Below, in pieces: positions 1 to 10,575 of a DNA stretch of 64,000 nucleotides (positions are counted from its first letter, which is position 1; each line of letters opens with the position of its first letter). The notes under the pieces are model-generated. The model had not been told where the DNA came from, searched no databases, and saw only the letters and a list, made by a program, of their open reading frames with translations. This stretch comes from Promethearchaeota archaeon (GTDB taxonomy: Archaea > Asgardarchaeota > Lokiarchaeia > Sigyniarchaeales > SOKP01). The translations under genes were made by a program, and so were the position numbers. The stretch is taken from contig JAUVNS010000005.1 in the NCBI GenBank assembly GCA_030599585.1, forward strand, positions 256,001-320,000, written 5' to 3'.

Positions 1-100
1 TCTTAAACATTTAATATTTTTAATTTATAGCTGAATTTTAAGGTGGGAAATGTAAATAGTAAAAGTCTTAAAATTAGTTCAATTTCGCTTATAAATAAAA

Positions 101-204
101 TGGGAGAGGGGGGATTCGAACCCCCGGCCACTCGGCCCCCAGCCGATTAGAAATAGTTTGAGAAATCCAAACTAAGGTATCATACCAAGCTAGACCACCC
201 TCCC
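101..204 (-). tRNA. tRNA-Pro(GGG) with 30-nt intron at non-canonical position (about 27/28; intron 147-176)
   Basis: Reverse complement folds as a cloverleaf: acceptor GGGAGGG/CTCTCCC-A, D-loop AGCTTGGTA, anticodon arm CTCGG-CTGGGGG-CCGAG, T-arm GGGGG-TTCGAAT-CCCCC. Removing 30 nt gives a 74-nt tRNA. Confidence 0.92.
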
Positions 205-384
205 TTCTAAAAAATGATGTAATCCTTAGACTATACACCTAAAAAATAGTCCAACTTCGATTTTTATAAATTAAAATCATAAATTCTATTTATTTTTAAT
301 GATATCCGAAGTTCATAAAGGCAACATTAATATTGGAAATGTATTAAATTTAAAAATTAAAGAAAAAATAATTTTTTAATCTCC

Positions 385-1941
385 TTAAGCTTTTTCTTCA
401 TCGCGAAGTGCTTGCTTCATGATTTTACCAGTAGGTGTCTTAGGTAAATCATCTCGAAATTCGACATATTTTGGGATCTTAAAATCTGCTAGATTTTTTT
501 TACAAAACTTTAATATTTCTTCGGTAGTCACGGATTTTCCTTCTTTTAAAACAATGAAAGCTTTGGGAAGTTCTCCATATATTTTGTCTCGTACCCCTAT
601 AACTGTCGCCAACGAGACTGCTGGGTGCGAATAAAGTACTTCTTCGATTTCTCTAGGATAGATGTTTTCTCCACCTCGAATAATCATATCTTTTTTACGA
701 TCTGTTATGTAGAAAAAACCATCTTCGTCTATATGGCCGATATCACCGGTATACAACCAACCATCTTTAAGAGTTTGTGCGTTCGCTTCTGGGTTTTTGA
801 AGTACTCTTTCATCACATTATCGCCCTTAACAAGAATTTCACCTTTTGAGTTTGGGGGAAGATCATTACCATCACTGTCTACAATTTTCATTTCATTACC
901 TGGTAATGGTATACCTATACTTCCAATTTTCCGTCGATCTTCAGTATCTGTAGGTATCGGATTAACTGAAGATGCACAAGTACCTTCTGTAAGACCATAA
1001 CCCTCAACAATCCTACATTTAAATGTTTCTTCAAATTCTCTGAATACATTCACGGGTAATGGCGCTGCTCCACAAATTACGAATTCTAAGGAAGAAAGAT
1101 CCAAATTCTCGTGGGGCATTTTAATAAGGATTGATAGTATAGTCGGAACCGCACTGAATGTAGAAGCTTTGTATTTCGCTACTGTTTCCCAATGCGTTTG
1201 GGCAGAAAATCCTGGAGTTAAAATGCAACTAGCTCCAATAGTAAAAGGTGCCATTACGGTAACTATTTGTGCGTTAACATGGAATAATGGCAAAATCAAC
1301 ATAAATCTGTAGTGTTCTTCAGCATTCAGGAAATCTTTTATCATTTCAGCATTTCTTCTTATGTTGTAATGAGTTTGTAAAACGCCTTTAGGAAAACCGG
1401 TTGTCCCTGAAGTATAAAGAATAGCGGCAGGATCATTTTTTTCATCAATTACCACTTCTGGGGGAGCATTCTTAGATGATTTTTCCATTAATTCCCAAAA
1501 ATTTAAAGTTCCCTCAACAGAATCTCCTATAACAATTACGTGTTCTACTTTTTGGAGGTCGTCCTTAATCTCATTAATTACTGCCATTAATTTCGGGATT
1601 GTAACTATAATCCTTGCTTCTGAATGATCCACTACAAATTTAACTTCTCGAGCCTTAAACAATGCATTTACAGGACCAGTAACTGCTCCAATTTTAGGAA
1701 TTCCTAAGTAGAGATAAACAAACTCGGGCATGTTTGGTAGATAAACGCTAACTTTATCTCCTTTCCTTATTCCAAGATCGTAAAGAAAGTTTGCTACTTT
1801 ATTAGTTAATTCATCTATTTGGGAGTAAGAAATGGTTATATCTTCCCAATACATAAATGTTTTATCTTCATATTTTTTTGCTTGATTATTGATTAATTCT
1901 CTTAAATTCATTTTGGTATCCTCTTTCGTTATAAAATTCAT
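385..1941 (-). CDS. long-chain fatty acid--CoA ligase (AMP-binding family)
   Basis: YTSGTTGFPKG, EGYGLTE, TGD and LPKTPTGKI motifs. Confidence 0.93.
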   Translation of the reverse strand: MNFITKEDTKMNLRELINNQAKKYEDKTFMYWEDITISYSQIDELTNKVANFLYDLGIRKGDKVSVYLPNMPEFVYLYLGIPKIGAVTGPVNALFKAREVKFVVDHSEARIIVTIPKLMAVINEIKDDLQKVEHVIVIGDSVEGTLNFWELMEKSSKNAPPEVVIDEKNDPAAILYTSGTTGFPKGVLQTHYNIRRNAEMIKDFLNAEEHYRFMLILPLFHVNAQIVTVMAPFTIGASCILTPGFSAQTHWETVAKYKASTFSAVPTILSILIKMPHENLDLSSLEFVICGAAPLPVNVFREFEETFKCRIVEGYGLTEGTCASSVNPIPTDTEDRRKIGSIGIPLPGNEMKIVDSDGNDLPPNSKGEILVKGDNVMKEYFKNPEANAQTLKDGWLYTGDIGHIDEDGFFYITDRKKDMIIRGGENIYPREIEEVLYSHPAVSLATVIGVRDKIYGELPKAFIVLKEGKSVTTEEILKFCKKNLADFKIPKYVEFRDDLPKTPTGKIMKQALRDEEKA

Positions 1942-2105
1942 ACATCTATTCTGATGAATAGGTCTGTAATAACTTAGTATTATTTAAAATCACAAATTAT
2001 ATTTATGTTTATTTATCCCTTTTTTTAAAAGCAATAATTTTTAAATTCTTTAGAGGTTTTTTATTCTTATAATTTTATTAAATTAAATCATTCTTTTGTT
2101 AAATT

Positions 2106-2402
2106 ATGCGCTCCAGAAAACCTTTTACCATTTTTTGGCCTCAATATTTCGATGCAAAAAGGAGTAGATCAAAGGGAAGGCGCATATCGAAGAAGTTTGC
2201 AATCGAAAAAATAACTACAAATGATATTTTAAAAGCTGCAAAACGCTTAGGCTATGAAGCCCATTTCGAAAAAGGTTATCTATATCCTAGAACTTGGTGG
2301 GACGATCCTGGTAGAGTATCAATAGATACGAAAGGTAAGAAGAAGTCAAAAGTCTTAATAGACCTTGCTAAAGAAATGAAAAGAAATCAACTAAAAAAAT
2401 AA
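2106..2402 (+). CDS. srp19: signal recognition particle protein SRP19
   Basis: WPQYFDAKRSRSKGRRI and YPRTWW motifs. Confidence 0.93.
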   Translation: MRSRKPFTIFWPQYFDAKRSRSKGRRISKKFAIEKITTNDILKAAKRLGYEAHFEKGYLYPRTWWDDPGRVSIDTKGKKKSKVLIDLAKEMKRNQLKK

Positions 2403-2412
2403 ATTTGTTATT

Positions 2413-2784
2413 ATGCATGAATTCTCGTTTGCCTACAATATCTTTAAAATAGCAGAAGCTACAGCCATAAAACATAACGCTAAAAAGATAACAGAAGTTC
2501 ACCTTGAAATTGGTGAATTAACATTAATTGTGCCAGAACTTCTCAAACGCTCATTTGAAATGGCGACAACTGGTTCTATTGCAGAGGGCGCAGAACTAGT
2601 AATCGAAATACTTCCTGGTAAAATTAAGTGCAGAGAATGCGGAAAAAACTCATCTGTCACTTTAAGCGAAGAATCACACTTAACCGGTTTACAATTATTT
2701 CAATGTAAACACTGTCAAAGTAAGAATACTGAAATCGTTGATGGAAAAAAAGCAAACATAAAGAATGTCAAAATACAAGAATAA
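2413..2784 (+). CDS. hypA: hydrogenase maturation nickel metallochaperone HypA
   Basis: N-terminal MHE, GEL motif, two CxxC. Confidence 0.93.
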   Translation: MHEFSFAYNIFKIAEATAIKHNAKKITEVHLEIGELTLIVPELLKRSFEMATTGSIAEGAELVIEILPGKIKCRECGKNSSVTLSEESHLTGLQLFQCKHCQSKNTEIVDGKKANIKNVKIQE

Positions 2785-2874
2785 GTTTCTTGATATAAAT
2801 TAAAAACATCTGAAGTCGTAATTAGTACTGATTCTTCAGATTGATCTTGTATATGTCTTACGACAAAAAAAAGA

Positions 2875-3258
2875 TTATTCACTAATTAAGATGCCATTTA
2901 AAATTCCGTGTTGACCTGGACGACTAGATATTTTTGCTAATCCTTTTTCCGTTTCCACTATTGCGCCTTTAGTAAGAATCTTGCGCCGATTTAGGTCTTT
3001 AGAAGCCGCATTACTTTCGAATTTCAAAATCTTAACCTTTGTGGTTTTATTAGTCGCAGGATCGGTAAGATTCATAAAATTAGACGAGAATAACTTAAGT
3101 TTATAATTGCCTCCAATAGTACGCTGTTTCTTTTTCTTTTCTACTCCAATTTGCGTGTTCATTGGTGGCCGTTCTAATTCTCTTTTTCTTTTTTTATGGA
3201 AATGTTTATATTTTTTTCCAGTATACTTTCGTTTGCTTCTTGCTTGACTTCTTGCCAT
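2875..3258 (-). CDS. rps8e: 30S ribosomal protein S8e
   Basis: RKRELER, RRKILTKGAIVET and SSRPGQHG motifs. Confidence 0.95.
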   Translation of the reverse strand: MARSQARSKRKYTGKKYKHFHKKRKRELERPPMNTQIGVEKKKKQRTIGGNYKLKLFSSNFMNLTDPATNKTTKVKILKFESNAASKDLNRRKILTKGAIVETEKGLAKISSRPGQHGILNGILISE

Positions 3259-3439
3259 GATTAAAGGACACTCTTCGAATCAATTAAGATATAATCGATA
3301 ATTATCGATATCTTTAAAATTTTTGCGTTTAGCAGTTTATAATTTTAAATAGAAAAATAAAAATAAGTAAAATTAATGTATTTATTATCATTATTAAAAA
3401 TCGTATACTAATTATAGAACATTTGTTGATTGAGAAAAA

Positions 3440-4081
3440 ATGATGGAGAACAAATCGAAATATCCAAACTTAGATGAAGATTCTGTAAAAAAAATAATTA
3501 AATCGGGTACAACCACAGTAGGGATAATGGTAAAGGATGGCGTTGTAATCGGAACTGAATCTCAGGCTACTGCAGGATATACTGTGGCCACCAAGAAAGC
3601 TCAAAAATTATTTAAAATAAATGACTACACGGCGGCCACTATTAGTGGTGGAGTAGCAGATTGCCAATATGTTGTTAATCAACTACAAGCGCTTTCAAGA
3701 TTAAAACAAGTAGAAGACGATAAAGTACCAGATCCACAATACATTGCAAGCATGACGAGGAATGTTTTGTTTAGCGGAAGATCGTACTTCTTGTGTATGA
3801 TGATCATAGGAGGTTTCTCACAAAAATCTAAAAAAGGACTTCTCTATGGTGTTGATCTTTTAGGAACTCTATATGAAGAAGAAAGATTTATTTCATTCGG
3901 TTCAGGATCTCCATTTTCACTGGGGGTACTGGAGGCAGATTGGACGAAAAATTTAACTAAATCAGCAGGAATAAAATTAATAGAAACAGCGATATCAAGC
4001 TCTCGAGAAAGAGACGCAGCTTCGGGGTTCAGCCTTCAAATAGCTAGCATAGACAAAAATGGTTATAAACAAGTTCAATAA
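3440..4081 (+). CDS. psmB: proteasome beta subunit
   Basis: Propeptide then G/TTTVG catalytic Thr; GGVADCQ, GSGS, ERDAASG. Confidence 0.95.
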   Translation: MMENKSKYPNLDEDSVKKIIKSGTTTVGIMVKDGVVIGTESQATAGYTVATKKAQKLFKINDYTAATISGGVADCQYVVNQLQALSRLKQVEDDKVPDPQYIASMTRNVLFSGRSYFLCMMIIGGFSQKSKKGLLYGVDLLGTLYEEERFISFGSGSPFSLGVLEADWTKNLTKSAGIKLIETAISSSRERDAASGFSLQIASIDKNGYKQVQ

Positions 4082-4554
4082 TCGCCTACTATAAGTTTTA
4101 TCTGTGTAAGCTTATTATTCAAATAAATAAACCCATTCATCTTATTGTTCCGGGAATCTACAATAATCCAAATTAAATGCGTGAATTTCTTTAAACCGCT
4201 ATTATGGTAATATTTCATGTTATGTTTATCTGTGCTACTAGGAGTTGTTCCAGCAGGATGAGAGTGGAGAATTGCTATTAATTTCAAGTTTTCATTTTTA
4301 ATTTGTGTATTAAGCTCTAACATTTTCTGTTCATTATCTAAAAAAAACGAAATTTCGCTTCCTTTGGTGGAATCTATACAGTGGAAAGAGAGGCTAGAGT
4401 AGTTATAATTAAAATCACCGTTATTATTAACTTCTTGAATATTTCCAAGGATATAACCATTAGCCTCGTTAGGGGATGCTAATTTTATGCAGTTATTGAT
4501 TTTTTCAACTATGGTATCATTAACGTAAAAAACAATATCCTTCTCAAATCTCAT
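4075..4554 (-). CDS. JAMM/MPN+ (Mov34) metalloprotease
   Basis: Upstream Glu (NEANG) and HSHPxxxxPSxxD motif. Confidence 0.88.
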   Translation of the reverse strand: MRFEKDIVFYVNDTIVEKINNCIKLASPNEANGYILGNIQEVNNNGDFNYNYSSLSFHCIDSTKGSEISFFLDNEQKMLELNTQIKNENLKLIAILHSHPAGTTPSSTDKHNMKYYHNSGLKKFTHLIWIIVDSRNNKMNGFIYLNNKLTQIKLIVGDY

Positions 4555-4574
4555 ATTTAACTCCGTATATAAAA

Positions 4575-5273
4575 TCAGAATAAAGTTAAAGCAGCGCTCA
4601 GAGTAGCTAATCTTGCCTTTTGATAGTTATCTCCTGAACCTATTATAATTACATCATTTTTTTCAATTTTAACCTTAGCATCTTCAATTTCCGACTTAAA
4701 ATAATTCAATGTTTCAGGATTAATTTTAGTATTTTCTTCTTCATCTTTGATTTCTGTTTTTGTAGGAAAAAATAGATTGACGCCATCGTAAACTAAACAA
4801 GTAGCACCCGAGCCATTAACTTTTATAGCAGCGTCTCTTTGCTCTACTCCATATCTTAACTTCGTAGAGGATTTTTTGACTACACAGAAATACGAATTAA
4901 CGTCTTCTTGTTTAATAATAATATCTTTTAAATACTTTAAATCTGCTTTCCTTAACAATGGGATCTTCTTTTTTACTTTCGCTAAAAATGCAAAACCATT
5001 TTGAGTTAAAACATGTCCCCTCCTCTGTAATTCACCAGCTTTCAAATCTCCTTCGCTTGGAACAATTATATATTTGGTAACATTTTTTAATTTATTAAAC
5101 AATGACTTTACAGTTCCAGCCCCAATTTGTAATTCTTCTTTAATTCGATACCTACCAATTCCTTCTGTATTCTCACCAAATAGAAATAGTGACAATACTA
5201 CATGCACGTAATCGAATGTTGGTTTAATAGTAGGACTTTCAAATAATGGGTCTAATTCACTCAATTCATTCAT
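4575..5273 (-). CDS. HTH + DUF4443-like conserved archaeal protein
   Basis: IGRYRIKEELQIGAGTVKSL HTH and EQRDAAIKVNGSGAT motif. Confidence 0.7.
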   Translation of the reverse strand: MNELSELDPLFESPTIKPTFDYVHVVLSLFLFGENTEGIGRYRIKEELQIGAGTVKSLFNKLKNVTKYIIVPSEGDLKAGELQRRGHVLTQNGFAFLAKVKKKIPLLRKADLKYLKDIIIKQEDVNSYFCVVKKSSTKLRYGVEQRDAAIKVNGSGATCLVYDGVNLFFPTKTEIKDEEENTKINPETLNYFKSEIEDAKVKIEKNDVIIIGSGDNYQKARLATLSAALTLF

Positions 5274-5401
5274 ACTGTTGATATATAATAAGAATCATCC
5301 GTAAAAAAAACAGTAGGTCAAAAAAAAATATAAATTATTATAGTTTAATATTTTTTATACAATCGAATGTAACTTTTTTATTGAGAAATTGGCGATGATT
5401 C

Positions 5402-6424
5402 ATGGAAAGGAAAACAAAAGATAAAAATCAAAAAGACACCCATGAATTAATCCTATTTAATGAAGTTACTGCATCAGACTCAAAAGTATTTGAACCTGAA
5501 CCACTAGAATATGTAGATCAAGAAGACAAAATAAGCATGGTCTATAAATTAGTTCCTTTTGGTGGAAACTACCTTTATTCTTTACTAATAACGAACCAGA
5601 GCGCCGATCCTATTACAAAGGTTAAAATAAGAATTAATTTTCCGGGATTTTTTAAATTATGTAGGAGCACTCCCCCAACTTTGATCTTAGAATCGTTAGA
5701 ATCGGGGGAAGATGAAAGTAACAAAGATGAGAAAGAAATTGAACAACAACAAGTCGTTATGGAATTTGAAAGCTTAGAAAAAAATTCCAATAAACAGATA
5801 AACCTATATCTATGCCCCCTTTTCTTAGAAAAAACAGGTAAAATTAGATCTTTTATTACTTTTGTTAACAACGCTGATTTTATAAGAGCAATTGACACTG
5901 ATGCCATCCCAATTCAGTTTGATCCCTTCAGTATTGAAAGAAAAATAATACCTTCTTCAGAAATTAAACAGTTTCTAGAAAAACCATGGATAAAAAAAGC
6001 AATTAAAAGCATCGGGATTGGAATTGACAGCCAGCTTGATGAAAAATATTATTTTGACCATATAAATGGAATTCTTGAAACCCATAACTTCCAACTAATT
6101 AGTAAAGATCAAGACACCAAAATAAGTTGGTTTTTTGGAACTGATTTAGTCTCTGGGAACGATGTTTTGATTATTTGTCAAGTATCGGGTCACAAAATAG
6201 AGTGGTTAGCCGCATCGTCAAATCCTCAATTACTCATATCTCTCTTAACGAAATTTATCACCGAATTTGAAAGAGAAATGATAACGCTTGGTCACATAGC
6301 ATCTAACGAACAAATTTTCACTCTGGAATGCAAGTATTGTGGGAATACATTGGCCTACTTTCCACCCAAAGGTGAATCAATTGAGTGTAATAAGTGTAAA
6401 TATGAACAGGTTGTTTGGAATTAA
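5402..6424 (+). CDS. hypothetical protein: Ig-like domain, alpha/beta domain, C-terminal zinc ribbon
   Basis: Long ORF; LLITNQSADPITKVKIRI beta-sandwich pattern; CKYC...CNKC. Confidence 0.6.
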   Translation: MERKTKDKNQKDTHELILFNEVTASDSKVFEPEPLEYVDQEDKISMVYKLVPFGGNYLYSLLITNQSADPITKVKIRINFPGFFKLCRSTPPTLILESLESGEDESNKDEKEIEQQQVVMEFESLEKNSNKQINLYLCPLFLEKTGKIRSFITFVNNADFIRAIDTDAIPIQFDPFSIERKIIPSSEIKQFLEKPWIKKAIKSIGIGIDSQLDEKYYFDHINGILETHNFQLISKDQDTKISWFFGTDLVSGNDVLIICQVSGHKIEWLAASSNPQLLISLLTKFITEFEREMITLGHIASNEQIFTLECKYCGNTLAYFPPKGESIECNKCKYEQVVWN

Positions 6425-6864
6425 CTAATTCAACGAACTTCGTAAAAATATCTTCCTCTCAACAGAAAAAAATGAGTATAGATATATTTTTTTTAAGTTT
6501 CCTATAACGGAAAAATTAATAATACAGCGATACACATTTTAACTTATTTTTTGAAATCTTTTAATATTATTACCACTTTTATATATCAGCTAAAATTTTC
6601 CCATTTTATATATCTTTTTATAGTAATTTTTGATAGGTTCGACAAACTGGTAAAAGAAACTTATATTGCACGAGATGATTCAATTATTATGATTTGAATT
6701 TTGTCGTGAAATTTTTTTCTTTTTTTTCTTTAGAAAATGAAGCACTAACCAAAATCTTTAAATATATAAAAGAACATAATTTATTTGATTAATTAAATTT
6801 GATCAAAAAAGTAACATATAAGGAAAATAACTCAAATAATTAACAAGTGGAGGATTGAATAAAA

Positions 6865-7074
6865 ATGGCTGAATATATTAGTTGGAGTCCAATTCGAAGA
6901 TTAATGAAACACAACGGCGCTGTAATCGTTGCTCGAGATGCTGTCAATGAATTAGTTGATTGGATGAGTACTTCTGCAGTAACAATTACAAAATCTGCGT
7001 TAGTTCTCACGAAACATGGCAAAAGGAAGAAAATCACTCGAGATGACATTTTACTCGCTATTAAATACTTCTAA
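6865..7074 (+). CDS. archaeal histone
   Basis: Histone-fold pattern SPIRRLMK...HGKRKKITRDDI; GGAGG ribosome-binding site upstream. Confidence 0.9.
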   Translation: MAEYISWSPIRRLMKHNGAVIVARDAVNELVDWMSTSAVTITKSALVLTKHGKRKKITRDDILLAIKYF

Positions 7075-7429
7075 TAGGATTTATAGATTAAGTTTTTAAT
7101 TAAAACACTTTTTTTCTTTTTTTTTTTACTACACCCAATTAAATTGAGAATATTTTGGGAGAATAGGTAAGAAACATTTCTATTTAGAAGGGCAAAATGA
7201 CAAATAGTAATGAGCTTAAAACAAAAATCAATTTTTTTTCAGAAAGTCATTCAAAGATACTATAAAAAAGAAAAACTGTGCTAAATCTCTAATGGTAAAA
7301 GATCTAACACAGTCAAAAAAAAAGATATATGGTGTTGGTGTTAAAAACAACCCGAGATTTATAAGAAAAACCAACCATTTAAATCTTTGGGTTAAAAATT
7401 GTTATGTTTCTGTTGGTTAGGTTTATAAA

Positions 7430-8812
7430 TTATTGGTAAAATTGTGGAAGCCACTGCTTCTCAGCTTCAAACATCTCCTCAACCATGTTTTCAATTTCCT
7501 TAGGAGAACAAACGCTAGCTGTATTAGGATCTAAGAGAACTGCATGGTATATTTTATCTCTATCGAGCAAGAGCTGTCCTTCTACTGCTGCTTTCTGGAC
7601 CATTATATTCGAAGAGCATAACGCCTGACATATGGTAGGTAGGGTAATTCCTCCTTGAGGGTGTAATCCGTGGTAATCAGCGAATACTGGGACTTCAACG
7701 CAACACTCTTTTGGCAGGTTTGTAATCAGAGATCCATTTTTATTTACTACATTTCCATGAAATTTAAACGGTACGTTAGTTTCAATCGCATTTATGATGT
7801 GAGAAACATATTCACCTGAAGGTTTCTTTTTTAGAATTAACTTATTTCGTGATAATTTTCGCTCAAACCTGCGTTCCATTTTTCCTTGGATCCATACTTG
7901 CATCCTAAAATCTTCCGCTTGTAATAAACTATCGAAACCCGTTTTTGCCCCACTATATTTTTCTAATAATTCATTTCTTTTACGATAATAAGGAAGATAT
8001 TCGCTAAGATGTCCAGAAGATTCCGTCATGAAGTATCCCGTTGCTTCCATCATGTTCCATCTAAGAAGTTCTCCTCCAATCATTTTTGGATTGGCTTTGT
8101 ATTTTTTATGTAATAGTGGATATGCGTTTTTCCATGGCGAGTCTGACGAATTCGATTCTCGATACCACAACTCGAGGAACCAAGCCATATGATTAATTCC
8201 GGCACATAAAAAGCTGAAATTTTCTCGTTTAAATCCAATCCAATTGTTTAGCATCCCGCTAGTTCCTTGCACTCCGTGACAGAGTCCAACGGTTGAATCT
8301 GGATTGATAACATTACAATACCAAGTATTCATTGCCATGGGATTCGTATAGTTAAAAAAAAGAGGTTTTCCTTCCTTTTTTTCCCCATTGAAACCTACTT
8401 CGCTAAGCAATTCGACTATCTGCTTTAATATCGGAGCATTTCGTAAGAAACGAAAGATTCCACCAGGACCTAATGTATCTCCAATACATTGAGAAACCCC
8501 GTATTTGAAAGGAATTTCTATATCCGTTTTAAACGCTTCAAGACCTCCAACGTGAATAGCGCTAATAACATACTTTGCGTCAGTTATTGCTCTTTTTAAA
8601 TCAGTTGTTTTTTCGAATGTGACACCTTCTAATAATTCGGGGTACATTTCTTTATGTTTCAGCATCAAATTGTACATTAGGTTTAATCGATGTTCATTAA
8701 TATCCTCAAGACAAATTATCGTATCCTTTTGAAGTGAAGGAAAAGTTAAGATATCGGTAAGGATTGATTCTCCAAATACAATCGAACCTGAACCAATAAA
8801 AGCTATTTTCAT
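7430..8812 (-). CDS. GH4 NAD-dependent glycosidase (alpha-galactosidase-like)
   Basis: KIAFIGSGS, GDTLGPGGIFR, NYTNPM, GLCHGVQ, GINHMAW, TESSGHLSEY. Confidence 0.9.
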   Translation of the reverse strand: MKIAFIGSGSIVFGESILTDILTFPSLQKDTIICLEDINEHRLNLMYNLMLKHKEMYPELLEGVTFEKTTDLKRAITDAKYVISAIHVGGLEAFKTDIEIPFKYGVSQCIGDTLGPGGIFRFLRNAPILKQIVELLSEVGFNGEKKEGKPLFFNYTNPMAMNTWYCNVINPDSTVGLCHGVQGTSGMLNNWIGFKRENFSFLCAGINHMAWFLELWYRESNSSDSPWKNAYPLLHKKYKANPKMIGGELLRWNMMEATGYFMTESSGHLSEYLPYYRKRNELLEKYSGAKTGFDSLLQAEDFRMQVWIQGKMERRFERKLSRNKLILKKKPSGEYVSHIINAIETNVPFKFHGNVVNKNGSLITNLPKECCVEVPVFADYHGLHPQGGITLPTICQALCSSNIMVQKAAVEGQLLLDRDKIYHAVLLDPNTASVCSPKEIENMVEEMFEAEKQWLPQFYQ

Positions 8813-8960
8813 TTTATCACATCTTCAGTTTAAAATTTGAATTTAAAAATTATTCGCAAAATAAAATTTTATGTGTTTCAAATCTTCCAACTTAAAAACG
8901 AGAAGTTAAGGTAAGACTACCTTAAATGAATCAACTTTGCATACAATTATAAAAAAGCAT

Positions 8961-9071
8961 TTACGAATCATGCTTCAATGGTACTTCGGTTTTTTTTGCT
9001 GAAGATATTTCCAGAGTTAACGAATCATGCTTCAATGGTTCTTTGATTTTTTTTACCGTAGATATTTCAAT
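8961..9071. repeat. about 57-bp tandem duplication at 3' end of the radical SAM gene
   Basis: ACGAATCATGCTTCAATGGT occurs twice 57 bp apart; peptide EIS..KK...PLKHDS repeated. Confidence 0.8.
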
Positions 9072-10562
9072 TGTCGGATTAATGTCTTTCATTAATTCAA
9101 CTTTATTTTTTAATTCGTCTGAAATTATTTTAGTTGTGATACCTTGAGAATAGAGCATTCCTAGCCCGCCCAATATTCCTTGCTTAACTAACCTTCCCAA
9201 GCTTCCCAGCATCCAATTAAATTTCCCAAAAGGGTTAAGATATTCTTTGGCTCTTCTAATTAGCCATCCTTTCAGATAAAAAGCGGCATAAGCTTCCGCT
9301 ACTAATTGAAGAAAATCTTTAGAGGTTAATTCTTCAGTTTTCATCATTGGATGAAACAAATCGTAAAATTTGTAATTGCTTGCGGTTACCATTCCTTTCT
9401 CTTTCATCTCATCATAAAATGGTGTCCCTGGAAAAGCAGTAATAGGTGTAAACTGGACACAGTCTAAATCTAGATCTATTGTAGTTTGAATATTTTGCCT
9501 AACCATTCGTTTGGTTTCGCCAGGAAACCCGATTATAACCCCACCGAAGATGGATATTCCTTTGTCTCGTAAACTTTTTACTACTGTTTTAACCATTGCA
9601 GGCGTAGTGTTCCTCTTATTCATCGCGTCTAAACTCTGTTGATGAACGGATTCAATTCCAAGAAAAACTTGTCTAAAATTGGCTTTATGCAATTTATTGA
9701 TTAAATCTGGGTTATTATATAAAGTATCCACTCTTGATTGGCAAGAAAAGCGCATTTTAGAGTTGACTCCTGATTTAATTAGAGTATCCAATATCTTGTG
9801 CGTTCTTTTTACGTTAATTGTGAAATTATCTTCACAGAAAAAAATAAAATCGTTTTTCCAGTCAACATCGTATACTTCTCTCATTATTCTTGAAATTGAT
9901 TTAGATCTGTATGTAGAACCACCACTTGAATTTCTCCACATTTTTATAATACAGCAGAACTTACAATTGTGCGGACAACCTCTTGAAGTTTCTACTTGGC
10001 GAGTTGTGGTCCCCAGGTATGTGTAAAGCTTTCCTTTCAATAAATCTCTTCTGGGCATTGGAAAATTATCTAAGTTTGGTTCTAACGCTCTTTCAGAAGT
10101 GTGGATAATCTTACCTTCCTTGTTTTTGAATGAAATTCCATCAATTTCTTTAAGAGAAATCTGTTTTTTATTCCCATCAAGATAATCGATAATTTCTTTA
10201 AAAGTATGTTCTCCTTCTCCTCTTACCGTAAAATCTACATAATCATGGTCGGCTACAAATTCTGGTACCAATGTAGGATGATATCCACCTATGATCGTAT
10301 TACAACCGTGCTCTTTCGCCATTTTAGCGACTTCTAAGGCTGAATATATTTGTGGCGTCATGCTTGTGATCGCTACTGTATCGTACCGATTTAGCTCGCT
10401 ACGAAATTTTTTCTCGCGATATTTATCAACCTTGAAATCAAATAATTTTGCGTCATGTTCTGGAACCATCCCAGCTATCGTAATTAAGCTTAATGGAGCT
10501 CCAGTAATAATAGCGTCCATCCCTGATTGCAGACGAGCTGGATTAATATATAAAATTTTCAT
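8961..10562 (-). CDS. B12-binding radical SAM protein
   Basis: IIGGYHPT and GEGE in B12-binding domain; SRGCPHNCKFC. Confidence 0.9.
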   Translation of the reverse strand: MKILYINPARLQSGMDAIITGAPLSLITIAGMVPEHDAKLFDFKVDKYREKKFRSELNRYDTVAITSMTPQIYSALEVAKMAKEHGCNTIIGGYHPTLVPEFVADHDYVDFTVRGEGEHTFKEIIDYLDGNKKQISLKEIDGISFKNKEGKIIHTSERALEPNLDNFPMPRRDLLKGKLYTYLGTTTRQVETSRGCPHNCKFCCIIKMWRNSSGGSTYRSKSISRIMREVYDVDWKNDFIFFCEDNFTINVKRTHKILDTLIKSGVNSKMRFSCQSRVDTLYNNPDLINKLHKANFRQVFLGIESVHQQSLDAMNKRNTTPAMVKTVVKSLRDKGISIFGGVIIGFPGETKRMVRQNIQTTIDLDLDCVQFTPITAFPGTPFYDEMKEKGMVTASNYKFYDLFHPMMKTEELTSKDFLQLVAEAYAAFYLKGWLIRRAKEYLNPFGKFNWMLGSLGRLVKQGILGGLGMLYSQGITTKIISDELKNKVELMKDINPTIEISTVKKIKEPLKHDSLTLEISSAKKTEVPLKHDS

Positions 10563-10575
10563 TTTTATTCACATA

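Noticed and set aside
7270-7400. Imperfect inverted repeats between histone and GH4 genes
   Set aside because: Weak, AT-rich and between convergent genes; compatible with terminators or chance
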